A stretch of DNA of 54,597 nt, counting the filler, from Sphacelaria rigidula (Eukaryota), in assembly GCA_964200075.2 (NCBI GenBank). It is 5 parts of 5 records of this genome, joined end to end, with 100 filler letters (N's around TTAATTAATTAA, not from the genome) between each part and the next. Parts side by side here need not be neighbours in the genome. Positions count along the whole stretch, not along the records: positions 21,881 to 32,719 come from CAXNAA020005822.1; positions 32,820 to 43,658 come from CAXNAA020005823.1; 3 more parts are not named here. The stretch is one strand, 5' to 3'. Positions within the stretch are counted from its first letter, which is position 1. The number at the start of each line of letters is the position of its first letter. The notes beneath the pieces are model-generated. The model was not told where the DNA came from. It did no database searches and worked only from the letters and a program-made list of their open reading frames with translations. Below are positions 24,430 to 36,600 of this stretch, one piece after another. The position numbers and the translations under genes are program-made.

Positions 24430-27400
24430 ACCCTGAAATTTTGCAGACGGGTGCTGTGGGATACTTGAGAACTCTGATTCAATGGTATATTCCGGTTTTC
24501 TTCTGTTTTCGCCAGATATCTGGGGTCCCAGAACGCAGTCTGAATGATGTACCCAAAATATGGGTAAGTAATCCTATCAGAGCAATTCCCGGGTATGTAC
24601 TCTATCGAAGTTTTGGGTAAATTGCAAGGGTGTGTCGAGTAGGGTATCTCTGATATCCGGGTGTTTTGACGAGTCTTACTTTCATACTCGCAATATTGGG
24701 TAGAATATTGAAATCGTCTCGAAATTAACCAAAGTTCATGTGGAGGAGTTGTATCGTACTCCAATTACCTCAAGGTTTGGAGTAAAGGGTTAAGGTCATA
24801 CCTAAGTGATGTTCCGTCCCCGAGTATTACCGAGAGTACCTACCCAACTTTTCGGTTACCCAATAGTGAGTATAGTGTTGAGATCCTACCCAACTCTACC
24901 CATCATTCCGGTCGAGTATTTAGATAGGACCCAACCTACCCCAAACTTGGGCGGAGTAAATACCGGAGTAGTGCAGCCGGGTATTTACAAGTATTCCGCT
25001 AACCAGACATGTCGGTCGCAACTTACATTGATACCCACATGTTTTTGAGAAACCCGTGTTAGCGTGTTCACTGATCCTACAACACTGGTTTCTTGATCTC
25101 TCACAAGTATGCCTGTCAGATCCCACACGCCACCGACAACACTAAAAGAAAGACTGACACCACCCTCACATCCACACACACCGCCGAAAGTACTGAATAG
25201 GCGGTGCACTCAGTGTACTGTGTATTGAGGGAGAGGACAGGATAGGGCAAAAGTGCAAGCACTTCAGTATGTGAGTGTACTTCGCACCGGTTTGTACAGA
25301 GCGCAATAGATTGCTTGTTGATAACAGACGAGGGCATTTCTCGTTGTCGTATCATTCCCTTCAGTTCACAAGTATACGTGTTGGACATGACACGCTACCG
25401 TAACTACCGTGCGGACAGTGCAGTCAAGTATACTATACGGTACGTACACAAGAAGGTGCTGAAACTCGAATTTGGCCACAATTTGGAGTTATCATGTGCG
25501 GGGTGATGAAACTAGAGTTTTTTTTTTGCTGGTGGTCATCATTCGCCTTCGCAGCGTTGGTCTGTGAAGTGCCATCACGAAGTCGCGAACGGCCATGGTT
25601 ACTGAGAGATTACTTACCCAATATTCAGTTGGAGTATTGGCAGCATACCCAGCTCTACCCAAAATCCGAGTAGAGTATTGAGGTCACACATTGGTGATAC
25701 TCTATACCCGGGTATTGTTGAGAGTACATACCTGACTTTCAGGAAGAGTATTCAGATCATACCCAAATTACCCAATGTTTGGGTAGAGTATCGAGATCAT
25801 GCCCAACTTTACCCATTCTTTCCGTAAGGTATTGAGTTTATATCCCAAGAGATACTCTATACCCGGGTATTGCTGAGAGTACGTACCCCATGTTTGGGTA
25901 GAATATTGATATCATACCTGACTATCCATTATTTGGTCAGAGTATGGAGGTCATACCCGACTGTACCCAACTATTGGTAGGAGCATTTGGGGTCGTACCC
26001 AATCTACTCAAAACTTGGGTAAAGTAAATACCCGGGTACTATACCCGGGTACTTGAGCGAACATACCACGGACAGGTCGAGTCGAGTATGTACTACTGAA
26101 TACTCGGTCAAAATACCCAAGTGTTTACTCTACTTGAATTTGGGGTAGATTAGGTACGGCCGCAATACTCCACTCAAATTTGGGGTAGATTGAGTAGAAC
26201 CTCAAATACGCTACTCAAATTTCGGGTACGTACTCTCAGTAATACTACTTGAGTATGGAATATCACTTGGGCATGGCCTCAACACTGTACTCAAATTTTG
26301 GGTAGATTGAGTACAACTTCAAAAACTCTACTCAAATGCTGGGTAAGTACTCTCAGTAATACTCAGGTATAGAATCCGGTCGCCCCCGTGGCTCAGTGGG
26401 TAACCTCAAAACCTTCTGACAGTTGGGTCGTGGGTTCAAATCTCGGAGCAATCTGGGATTTTTTCTCACACAATGCCCAACAGTGGAGAATTATGTTGGT
26501 ACACAAAATTCGACTTCACGGTCGACGAGGGAAATGAACTGTTGAACTCCTCTCTCGATAAAAAATAAAGGCAAGCACCGCAGAAGAAAGGTGGAATGTT
26601 CACAATAAACGAAGAAAGTAAAAACTCCTGTGTTGACCTTCCCCCTGTGTCACCCTGACTGGTGCGCCTACATATATCGAAAGGTGTAGAACGGCGTCCA
26701 GAATAGATGGGACGACAATACATGGAAGATCACTTGGGTAGGATGAGTAACCGTGACCGTCGGTGACTTCGTGACATTACTTCACCGAGTATGTTGAATA
26801 TATGAGCGAGTTATGGCCATCAATGAGATGAGTGACGTCACATCACGTCACGGGCTACGACGAGTAGGAGCGAATATGACCCATGAATAAAAAAACGCAG
26901 GTGAATGAACCTACCCAAGGCAGTACATACTTCATACCTCGCAGCCTCTTCGATGTCAGTTTCAGCACAACGTGATTGAGTAGACGGGTAGTCAAGTAGG
27001 TATTGTCAAGATGAACAACTCTAGGGGCGGCACATCGGACTCCTCCATGGAAGACCCAGCGGTGGAAACAGTGCAAGACGCGGCAACATCGGAACAGGCG
27101 CGAGGGGAAGGAACAGAAAAAGGCGCGACGGGATCAGGGTATAGACCTGACCCCAAAAGAATACTGAAACTATAACCAAGGTGTCCGGCCTCAGATATCT
27201 ACCCAAATTTCGGCTAGATTGGGTATAATCTCAAATACTCTTTTCAAATTTTGGGTAGATTGAGTATGACCTCAAATACTCTAGTCAAATTTCGGGTAAA
27301 TCGGGTATTACCTCAATCAATACTCTATTCGAAATTGGGGTAGATTAAATACAACCTCAAATACTCTCCTCAAATTTTGGGTAGATTGAGTATGACCTCA

Positions 27401-28180
27401 AATACTGTACTCAAATTTCGGGTAGATTGAGTACGACCTCAAATACTCTACTCAACTTTGGGTACTAAAAGTACGACTTTTCAAACATTCCGAGTATAGA
27501 GTATACTCTAGTCGCCCTGTCCTTGGAACATACCCTACAGCATTGGTAAATTGGGTGCAATCTCAATACTCTCATCCATTGTGATTTGGGTATGACTTTA
27601 CCCAATAGTTGGAGAAGAAATCTATGCAATACCGGGGTCTTGTAGCATCATGTGGGTATGGTCCGAACAGTATACACAAATTTGGAGTAATATGGGATAC
27701 TTTCTACGATAGTCGACCCCCAAAAAGTGCATGGTTTGGGGGGGCAAAATCTTCACGTAAATCGAAATGGGAAAAGCTGAGCACAACGAGCAGCTGGGAA
27801 TTCCTACGCTTGGGTTCGTTCCCGTTTATGTCGCCAACATGAGGCGCTTCATGCAGCCTGAAAACAAACATCAAGCGCTGTGTGGCCATTTTTTCCGTGA
27901 CATTTCTAGGCTGGTTTCTGAGGCGGGCTATCGTAGAAAGTGTCTTGGGTATTATCTTAAGAATATCCAAAAATGGGTAAGTAATGTCAGTAATACCTGG
28001 ATAGTACCTGGGCATCACTTGGGTATGACCCAAATTTTCTACCCGTCCTTTCCAAAAGGGTTGGGCTGTATTCTCCTCATTGGGTGATTCGGGTTCGATC
28101 CCAACTTGACCTTTATTTATTACTATAAGTTGGACCTTTGTAAATACTCGGGTATACAGTTGTACCCTACCTGACCTGCC
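24430..28180. mobile_element. Nested non-autonomous TIR/foldback-type elements with ~41-bp subterminal tandem repeats
   Basis: Degenerate unit GGGTAGATTGAGTATGACCTCAAATACTCTACTCAAATTT in arrays at 26140-26370 and 27200-27460, and in reverse orientation at ~24790-24970 and 25610-26050. TIR-like ends CAGGTCGAGTCGAGTA (26073), TACTCTAGTCGCCCTG (27519) and TACCCTACCTGACCTG (~28177). Confidence 0.65.
26378..26722 (+). mobile_element. tRNA-derived SINE-like element, copy 2, inserted in the foldback element
   Basis: GGTCGCCCCCGTGGCTCAGTGG...GGGTTCAAATCTC; body colinear with 22825-23145. Confidence 0.75.
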
Positions 28181-28989
28181 CTCGAATCTCTTCACCAACT
28201 TATTTTCTATGTGCACAAGCTGAACTAATTTCCCTTCGATCCACCCCGTGCTGCTCGTAAGTCAAAGTTGGCGTGAGGGCACCTCCTGGAGGATCCGTAG
28301 TGGGAGAAACGTTCACTTCTTTTTTTCGTTTTTGCATATTATCGCTGCACGGTACCTTTGTTTTTCGTATCTTGAGTGAAACTTGCGTGGCCTGTTTCCT
28401 AATGCCAAGCTTCCATTTCCAATGTGGAAACTGACCATCCGCGACTTTCATCACTGGTATTACTGTTACGCAGTTTAGCGGTACGGACAGAATCGATTCT
28501 GCACAAAACAAGACTGCACTGCATGTAGATAGGGTTTTGCCGTTTTGGGGAGTTATCCCGACGGCAGTAAGCGCTTGTGCCTGCTGTTGTGACATCGTGA
28601 GACGGGATATGAAACTTCGCAGGCGATCCCAGCCCGTTAGCCCTTCACGTTTCTGCAGATGAAGTTCTATCAAGTGAACAGGAGGCCGATCCATCCAACG
28701 ATGCTGTTGTAGGGGTTAATCATGGAACCGTCGTTTTCCCTTTTCTTTCCCAGTGGAAAAAGGCGGAAGAATCTACGCAAAGTTCCGAAGCTAGACCCAC
28801 TGCTTAGGGTAAGCCTAACTTGCTTCCTTCCCCCCCGGCCGCCCGCCGCCCGCCGTCTACCACGCGCGCGTCCTTCGGTGTGTGCTTGCTATGGTGCCGC
28901 CCTGATAAAAATGATACTGATGAACGACGATACTGATGCTGCCGATGGGCGTGGTGTTGGCGGTTGCCGGGGTATCTCATGACTGAAAG

Positions 28990-29088
28990 GTTGTTGGGGT
29001 TGGGGGTGGCGGCGGTAACGCCGTTGTGCGAATGACGCAGGAGCACATTCCGGGCGTTGAATTCTGGTGCCTTAACACGGACGCTCAG
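28990..29088 (+). CDS. ftsZ: FtsZ (plastid/cyanobacterial type) exon: [33 protein letters not shown]
   Basis: GVGGGG.NAV and NTDAQ tubulin/FtsZ motifs. AG acceptor and GTGAGC donor, 99 nt, phase 0/0. VEFW..NTDAQ is typical of the cyanobacterial/plastid type. Confidence 0.93.
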
Positions 29089-29240
29089 GTGAGCGCCAAA
29101 AGTTCGGCACCGGTTGTACTCTTCTACAGTTTTGAATTGGGGTTTGTAGGATCATACGCGGTGGGTTGCAAGGCCGGCATGACCGCACTATAATGGGACC
29201 CCGCACTAAAAGGGATCACCTTGTGATATCGTGAGCCCAG

Positions 29241-29500
29241 TATGACCGCTCGATGGCGAGACCTCGTCCCGCACCATACTGGTATAGTGCAATTACTTGA
29301 TATTAGTATGGCGGACCGAACTCTTTACAAATGATTTCGACCGCACTATAGAGGACCACCCTATGGTGAGCCAAGCAGCATGACCGCTCGATGGCGGGAC
29401 CTCGTCCCGCACCATACTGGTGTAGTGCAATTACTTGAAATTAGTGTAGCGGACTGAACTCTTTACAAATGATTGGGACCGCACTATAGAGGACCACCTT
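29241..29500. repeat. Tandem duplication (~138-bp period) in an ftsZ intron
   Basis: ATGACCGCTCGATGGCG.GACCTCGTCCCGCACCATACTGG...CTCTTTACAAATGATT occurs twice. Confidence 0.85.
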
Positions 29501-29897
29501 TTGGTGAGGACCTCCACTGTACTATTTTTACTGCACAAAACATTTTTTTTTTGTCCCTGTGTAGTATACGCCCAGAACAGTGTTGTGCGTGTGCCGTGCT
29601 CCCAGCGATGGGGTTTTGGCTTTTTCGACACCCACCGGGCGACAGAAGTCTCACTGCGGTTGAACTGGCTTGCTTGAGTTCGCAGCAATATTTTGCCGTG
29701 GCGTGCTAGGGACAGAATACTGAAAAAACACGAAATTGGAAAATCTCATGTTGCGACCCACTACGAGGTGTTGCAAGGCGTTTCTCACGTGTCCAGAATC
29801 AAATAGTTGTCAGTCTCAACAATTACTATCTCTCTCTTTCAGTTCCGCCTACAGCTAGCTCAACATTCTCTCACGTCCCCACCCTGAACAAACGCAG

Positions 29898-30038
29898 GCG
29901 ATCAGCAAAGTGGAGGATGCTCCAGACAATATTAAGACCTTGCAGATCGGCAACGATGTCACGCGAGGACTGGGCGCGGGAGGCATGCCTGACATCGGGA
30001 AGCGAGCGGCGGAGGAAAGTCGAGCGGACATTTCCGAG
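29898..30038 (+). CDS. ftsZ: FtsZ exon: [47 protein letters not shown]
   Basis: [20 protein letters not shown] motif. CAG acceptor and GT donor, 141 nt, phase 0/0. Confidence 0.93.
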
Positions 30039-30823
30039 GTTGTCATTTTCTATCTATTTTGCTAGGGCGTCTTTCTGTTTTTTGGTATTCTAGACGTGCT
30101 GGTGTTCAGTTCGGAACGCTTTAGCACGTACATTGTGTTCGGGTGTTTCGGTGCTGGGGCTAGAGTATACTGCAAACAGTGTGTTGTGAAGAACGCGTTT
30201 TCGTTGACTAATTGCTTAATGAAAGTAGAACGTTGATTTGTTTTGTGTGTTACTTACGGTGGGTACCGGGAAGAGAAGGGCTGTGTATTCGATCAAGACC
30301 CTTCACGCTGTGAAACGACTTGTCGTTTCACTGGCCCCGTGTGCTATTTGATTATTCCGAGTATGTGGGCGTTGACCATCACGCCGGCAGAATCATTTTT
30401 ATTTACACTGGCGAAAGATCTGGTGCGTCGGGGTAGACTGACGCGATCGCTGTAACGGTTTTAATGATACTCCACACGTTGAATGGACCCCTGCGATACG
30501 GTATATCCGCCCGTCTAGAATTGGATTGCGAACCGGTTTTCACTTGACACTGCAGTGACTTTCCAGACAATCGTTCACTTGTTGTCGTTCATGGTAGGGA
30601 TTCTGCCCCTGTGTTTTTGTACATGACGCAACACAACGGTGACATCTGGCTGGTTCATATCCGCGTGTGCACTTGTCTCGGATAGAAAGCTTCCATCCCG
30701 AATTGTGATGTTTTTGTTTTTTTCAAAAATATAATTTGCGATCCAGCGCGCGTTCTTCGGTCATTGTTCTTTTATTCAGTGTTGTCCGGTGCCGCAACTC
30801 GTTCTTGTGCTTTTCGGCTGCAG

Positions 30824-30907
30824 GTTGTCGCAGGAGCGGATATGGTTTTCGTAACGGCTGGCATGGGAGGTGGCACGGGTTCGGGAGCGGCTCCGATCGT
30901 CGCAGAG
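30824..30907 (+). CDS. ftsZ: FtsZ exon: [28 protein letters not shown]; downstream exons not found in this contig
   Basis: GGGTG(S/T)G tubulin signature. TGCAG acceptor and GTACAA donor, 84 nt. Confidence 0.95.
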
Positions 30908-31183
30908 GTACAACGCAGACGACTTGTTCGGGTGCCCGCATGCGCTACGCTCGAACTGCTATTCCGTGCAGCAGCCCGTTTTTCTGCGGGACACCTATCT
31001 TTGCTTGGATTGATGTGGGTAGTGTCATCCGCGACGGTTGGGTGTGTTGAGTAACACCTGAGCACGTCAAGGTTACTCCCCCCCCCTCCCTCCCCTTCCC
31101 CGAATTCCCCGAACTCCGCACAAAGGGGATGATCGATCGTTCTACGTGATGTTGATGAGGCGAGACACTCATTAGGCGAGGCT

Positions 31184-31504
31184 AGTTTACCGGCGTTGGG
31201 CTACAAATATCCATGGTGGACATAATGTTACAAGTATCGCTACCCCTTACCCTCACCCCAACCCCAAGCCAAGCCAACCCAACGTGTATCGAGAACCCAC
31301 GGGCAAGGACGGCACATAGCATTCCCTAGGCCAAATGCGGCCTTAGTAAACCCCAAATCGGCGCGCCAATTTCGCCGACAACGCCTTCTGCGCATGCGAG
31401 GAGCACACGGGACTGTCAGCCATACTAAAATTCCAATCCTCGTTTTACACACTCAAACCAAGTACTATCAACCATAGACATTTGTAGCCCAACGCTGGTA
31501 AACT
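31184..31504. mobile_element. MITE-like element with ~35-bp terminal inverted repeats
   Basis: AGTTTACCGGCGTTGGGCTACAAATATCCATGGT at the left end; ACCATAGACATTTGTAGCCCAACGCTGGTAAACT at the right end. Confidence 0.75.
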
Positions 31505-32658
31505 CTACTGCATGAGGCAGTGTGTGACCGATGGCTGTGTCTCGCTGAAATTGGTGATACCAAAAAATGGAACACCTCGTTGTAGGCTGTCATCCATACG
31601 CGAGATGATCATTACGCTTCGGGTTGAACCACCTTAGCAGGATGCAGCTCACCCTTCATGCGACTTGCCGAACACTACGCGGCGCTTCGCGCTTGGTGAT
31701 TGATTTCGCGCCTCGTCCGGCGAACACCCGGCGTACAGGCTTTGTAGCGATGCGAGGTCAATGGTCACATGACTACGGCACTCACGATCATTAGTACACT
31801 CCCTTCTCCCCCCAATAATAACAGTACATGAAATATGAAAGTGGTGAAACAAAGTAGGGTTCAACGGCCAGTCTCGTGAGAAAGGGAGCAGCAGTGCAAC
31901 AAAGTTTGCTTGATTCATTCTCGCTCCTTAACCGTTAAGCAGCGAGAGTGGACCATCTGTTGTGTCGACATGAATTTCACTTGAAAATATAATCCTTGAT
32001 CCAGACAGACTTCCCTCCCGATCATTGTCCATGACCCAGCCGCGGACATTTTCCACAGGATATGCGTGCCCCAGGTGAACAAGACGAAAACGCTCACTAG
32101 AGAGATGGAAGAGTGGGAAAAACAAGAAGATAAAAAGTGAAAAACGAACGGAATAAGCTGAAGAACAAAAGGAAGAATACCAAAACGTGGGCTTTGTAAC
32201 CCTCCCCGTACGGTGCTCCGTCTCAAGAGGGATGCGCGGCCAATCGTCAAATGACCACGGCAAGCAACAACTGAGTACCCACTTCTCACCCCCACCGCGC
32301 GCTCTACGAAGTAGATGCAATTGTGGGTAAGACTCCAGCCCCAATATTTTCAAATCTTCCAGGCACAGGCTGTTGATGACGTCACGCCACAAGTTTCAAA
32401 AGCATGTAGGAGATGTTATATCCTGGGACTGCGCTGTACCGTCGTACTGCATAGTACTGTACAGTAATAGTGCGTCATTTTGTTCCTGTGTCATACTCGT
32501 ACTGTGCCGAAAGGTCCGGAGGCCTGAAATCACATGTTAACAATCCAGGCACAAAACTATGTGAATTACTGGGGCCATGGGGTTATGTTAATGGGGGCAC
32601 ATACGGTCATCAACATGTTAATATTCGTCGGCGCATAAGCTCTGACGTGTAAGCGAAG

Positions 32659-32696
<38 letters not shown>

Positions 32697-32719
32697 TCCC
32701 ACAAATCCTGATATTGTAT

Positions 32720-32819
32720 NNNNNNNNNNNNNNNNNNNNNNNNNNNNNNNNNNNNNNNNNNNNTTAATTAATTAANNNNNNNNNNNNNNNNNNNNNNNNN
32801 NNNNNNNNNNNNNNNNNNN
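32720..32819. other. Artificial contig linker
   Basis: N44-TTAATTAATTAA-N44. Confidence 0.97.
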
Positions 32820-32872
32820 AGGATCACACGATTACTCGCTCCCAGTATTGGAGCGGGGGATCATTTTGGTCA

Positions 32873-32884
32873 TTAATAATATTG

Positions 32885-32917
<33 letters not shown>

Positions 32918-32939
32918 TTAATAACGATGATAATAATAA
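32873..32939. repeat. (TAA)n microsatellite
   Basis: Imperfect TAATAA run. Confidence 0.9.
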
Positions 32940-33619
32940 AATGTTTGTGCCGACCGCACGGCCAAGTCGCGTCCTTCTGTGTTCCTCGTAGAGACAACGA
33001 CTTAATTTCGTGTAGCACGTGGGCCCCGGTGGTGTATGGTCCGACTGTCATCATTAGGATGGAGAGAAAGTGGGTTCGATCCGCTGATGCGTTGTCGTTT
33101 CTGCTTCGAAATATCTCACTTCCACCGTGGAAAGCGTCAGTGCTTGAGTAAACGAAGAGTAGTTGAAGGAATTTGTTTGACGAGAGTTCACGCGGTGCGG
33201 GAGTGCTGACCCAATCCGCGACTCCAAAATGCATGGCGTGTACCGGGGAGAGATGGAGTGATACCATGGACTCTTCCCGAGGGTGGCGAGGGTTTCAAAG
33301 TGTGACACATAAAAACAAATAGAAATAGAATGAATGATAAATACATAGCAAGAAAAATGAATGTACATGAATGATGGGCTGTACAGCTTGAAACGTCTAA
33401 CCAGAGACCAAGCACTTTGCCTCCAGCTCAAGAGTATGAGCACGCCTGTCGCCCACAGGTCGTCCATGTGCTTACGCAGGTCGGTGTGGATATCGATGTC
33501 GTTGAAGTAACTCCGCAGGTCCCGGAGCGTTTAACTTCCTGTGTGTAAGTTCTCCCCATATTGTTCGCCGCGCTCGAAACTGACGATGCTGAACTAACGG
33601 TGCTGCTGCGCACAGCTCG

Positions 33620-36600
33620 AGAGTGAAGGTGCTCGAAAATATCGTCGAAGGTAAAGTCTTGGAAGTCAGCGAATGCGAATGAAGAGGCCTACAACCCGAG
33701 AGATGGCTACAACGCCCTCGGGGGCGGCTACTGCTCACACCAAGAAAACTCCTTCCAACCGTGGATATGACACTACAGCTCCTGACCCCATCACCGAGCC
33801 TGCCCAAAAGCACCCTCATGGGACCTTCATCTGGATAGCCTGTTGCCTTGTGTCCAACTAGGGATAACATGGTGACGGAATTTGTCAATCCCGCGAAGGG
33901 TGTCCCCATCGACGTTGAGCCTAGAGAAACGGTCTCAGCCAGAACGTGGATGAGACATCCTGGAGTTGACGGATTCGTTGAAAAGCTTCCCCTTCGCTAC
34001 AAAGAATGCGATAGGCTAGAGCAGGTGGAAGACCCACTAGGATACTTCGGGGCAGGCTCAGCAGCGGTCGGGTGAGGAGTTGTGTTGAGATATCCACCGT
34101 GGGGAGGGGTATCGTGGTGTATCTGGTGCTTGCCGCTGCGTTGTGGCCATCTTCGGGCGCGAGCACGGACATACTATCACCATCAGAGACGGAGTCCTAG
34201 AAGTCATCGTACGAGGGCAAGGGCTCTCCTACCTAAGAGATGGCTCCAACGTTCCCGGCGGCAACTACTATTCACACCAAGATACTTCCTCCGACGGTGG
34301 ACATCGCACTCCAACTTCCCAGTCCGCCGCCGCTGAGCCTGCCCGAAAACATGCCCACTGGGCCTCGATCTGCGTAGCCTGCCGTCTTCCGTGTAACTAT
34401 GGGTAGCATGGCGACATGATCGTGAATCCCGGTAAGGGTGTCCCCATCGTTTTTTAGCCTAAAATAGTTTTTATAGGCTGAACGTCGATGGGGACACCTT
34501 CCCCGGGAGGGGCGATTCCGTCACCATGTTTATCCTGAGTCGGACAGAAGACAAGAGGCTATGCAGAACGAGACGCCATGAGGGTGCGTGGGGGCAGGCT
34601 CAGCGGAGACGGGGTGAGGGTTCGTGGTGAGATGTCGACCGTGGAGAGGAGTATCTCGTTTGGGTGGTGGTTGCCCCCGAGCGCGTTATGGCCATCTTTA
34701 GGCACGAGCGCGGAGGTGCTTGATAACATTGTCAAGAGACGACATCCTGGAGGTCATTGGACGCGACGGAAGTGCATTTTTACCCAAGAGATAACCACAA
34801 CGCTTTCGGAGGCAACTGCTGTTCACACCGAGGTACTGCTTGTGACGGTGGACATCTGACAACAACTCCTCATTCCACCGCCGCTGAGCCTGCCCGGGCG
34901 CACACTCATGGGGCCTTTCGGTGCATAGCCTGATGTCCTCCGTGTGAGGTTGAGTAGCAAAGTGACGTCATCGTGGATCCCGGTAAGGGTGTCTCCATCG
35001 ATTTATAGCCTGGAAAGGTATTTTTAGGCTGAACGTTGATGGGAACACTTTTCCCGGCATTGACGATTCGGTCACCATGTTATCTTCCGGCGGAGAGAAG
35101 ACAACGGGCTACGCAGGGGAAGATGCCATGAGAGTGCTTCGGGGCGGACTCAGCTGCGGTGAGATGAGGAATGGTAGTGGCATGTCCACCGTGGGGAAAA
35201 GTACCTTAGTATCACTAGTGGTTGCCCCCGAGGGGGTCGTGGCCATCTTCGGGCGCGCTTCGGGCGCGAGCATGGAGGTGATCGAAACATCGTCAGAGAT
35301 GAAGTTCTGGTAGTCATCAGACGGGACGGAGGGCTCTCCTACCCAAGAGATGGCCACAACGCTCTCGGCAACAACCACTGGCCACACCAAGATATTCCTT
35401 CTTACGGTCTACATCTCACTACATCTCCGTAGTGCACCTTCGCGAAGCCTGCCCGCAAGCGCGCTCATGGGGCCTCTATTTGCGTAGCCTGTTGTCTCCC
35501 GTATAACTATGGGTAGCGTAGCGACGTCATCGTGATACGGGTATGGGTGTCCCCATCGGTTCTGAGTTCGGAAACGATTTTCTCGGGTGAACCTTGATTG
35601 GGGCACCTCTCTCGGGATTGACAATTCCGTCACCATGTCATCCTCAGTGGGACAGAAGGCAACATACTACGCAAAAAGAGACACAATGAGGATGGTTCGG
35701 GGCAGGCTCAGCGGAGGCGGGGTGAGGAGTTGTAGTAGGATATCGACCGTGCGCAGAAGTCCCGTGTTATGGGTAGTGGTTGCCCCCGAGGGCGTTGTGG
35801 CTGTTTTCGGGCGCGAGCTCAGAGGTGTTTGATAACATCGTCGGAGACGAAGTCGCATAAATCATCAGACGGGTCGGGGGCGCCCTCCCAACTAAGAGGT
35901 ACAACAACTCCCTCGGCGGCAACCAGTGTCAACATCAAAATACTCCTTTTCATGGTAGACATCTCACAAGAACTCCTCAGTCCGCCGCCGCTGAGTCTGC
36001 CCGGAAGCGCGCTCATGGGGCCTCTATCTGCATAGCCTGGGTAGCGTAGCGACGTCATTGTGAATTCTTGCAAGGGTGCCCCCATTGATGATTGGGGTAG
36101 GAACATTTTTTGGGCTCAACGTTGACGGGGACACCTCTCCCGGCATTGGCGATTCCGTCGCCATGTTATCCTTGGTTGAGCAGAAGATGATAGGCTATGC
36201 AGAAGGAAACACCATGCGGTTGGCTGGGGGGCGTGCTCAGCGGCGGCGGGGTGAGGAGTTGTAATATGTCCACCCTCGGCAGGAGTATCTTATAATAGTG
36301 TGGCTACTGGTTGCCCCCGAGGTCATTGTGGCCATCTTTGGGCATGAGAGCGGAGGTGTTTGAAAGCATCGTCAGAAAAGAAGTTGTGGAAGTGATTAGA
36401 CGGGACGGGGGGCTTCTCGTACCCAAGAGATGGCCGCGACGCCCTCGGCGGCAACCACTGTCCACGCCAAGATATTTCTTCTCACCGTGGACATCTCAAT
36501 ACAACTCTTCAGCCCGCCGCCGCTGAGCCTGCCCGAAAGTGCGCTCATCGAGCCTTCATCTACATAGCCTGTTGTTTTCCGTGTAACTGTGGATATCATG

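Noticed and set aside
23847-24764. Longest ORF in the track (305 aa, minus strand); likewise 1997-2770 and 9584-10261
   Set aside because: They lie in or across repeats or introns, have unnatural composition and show no recognisable motif.
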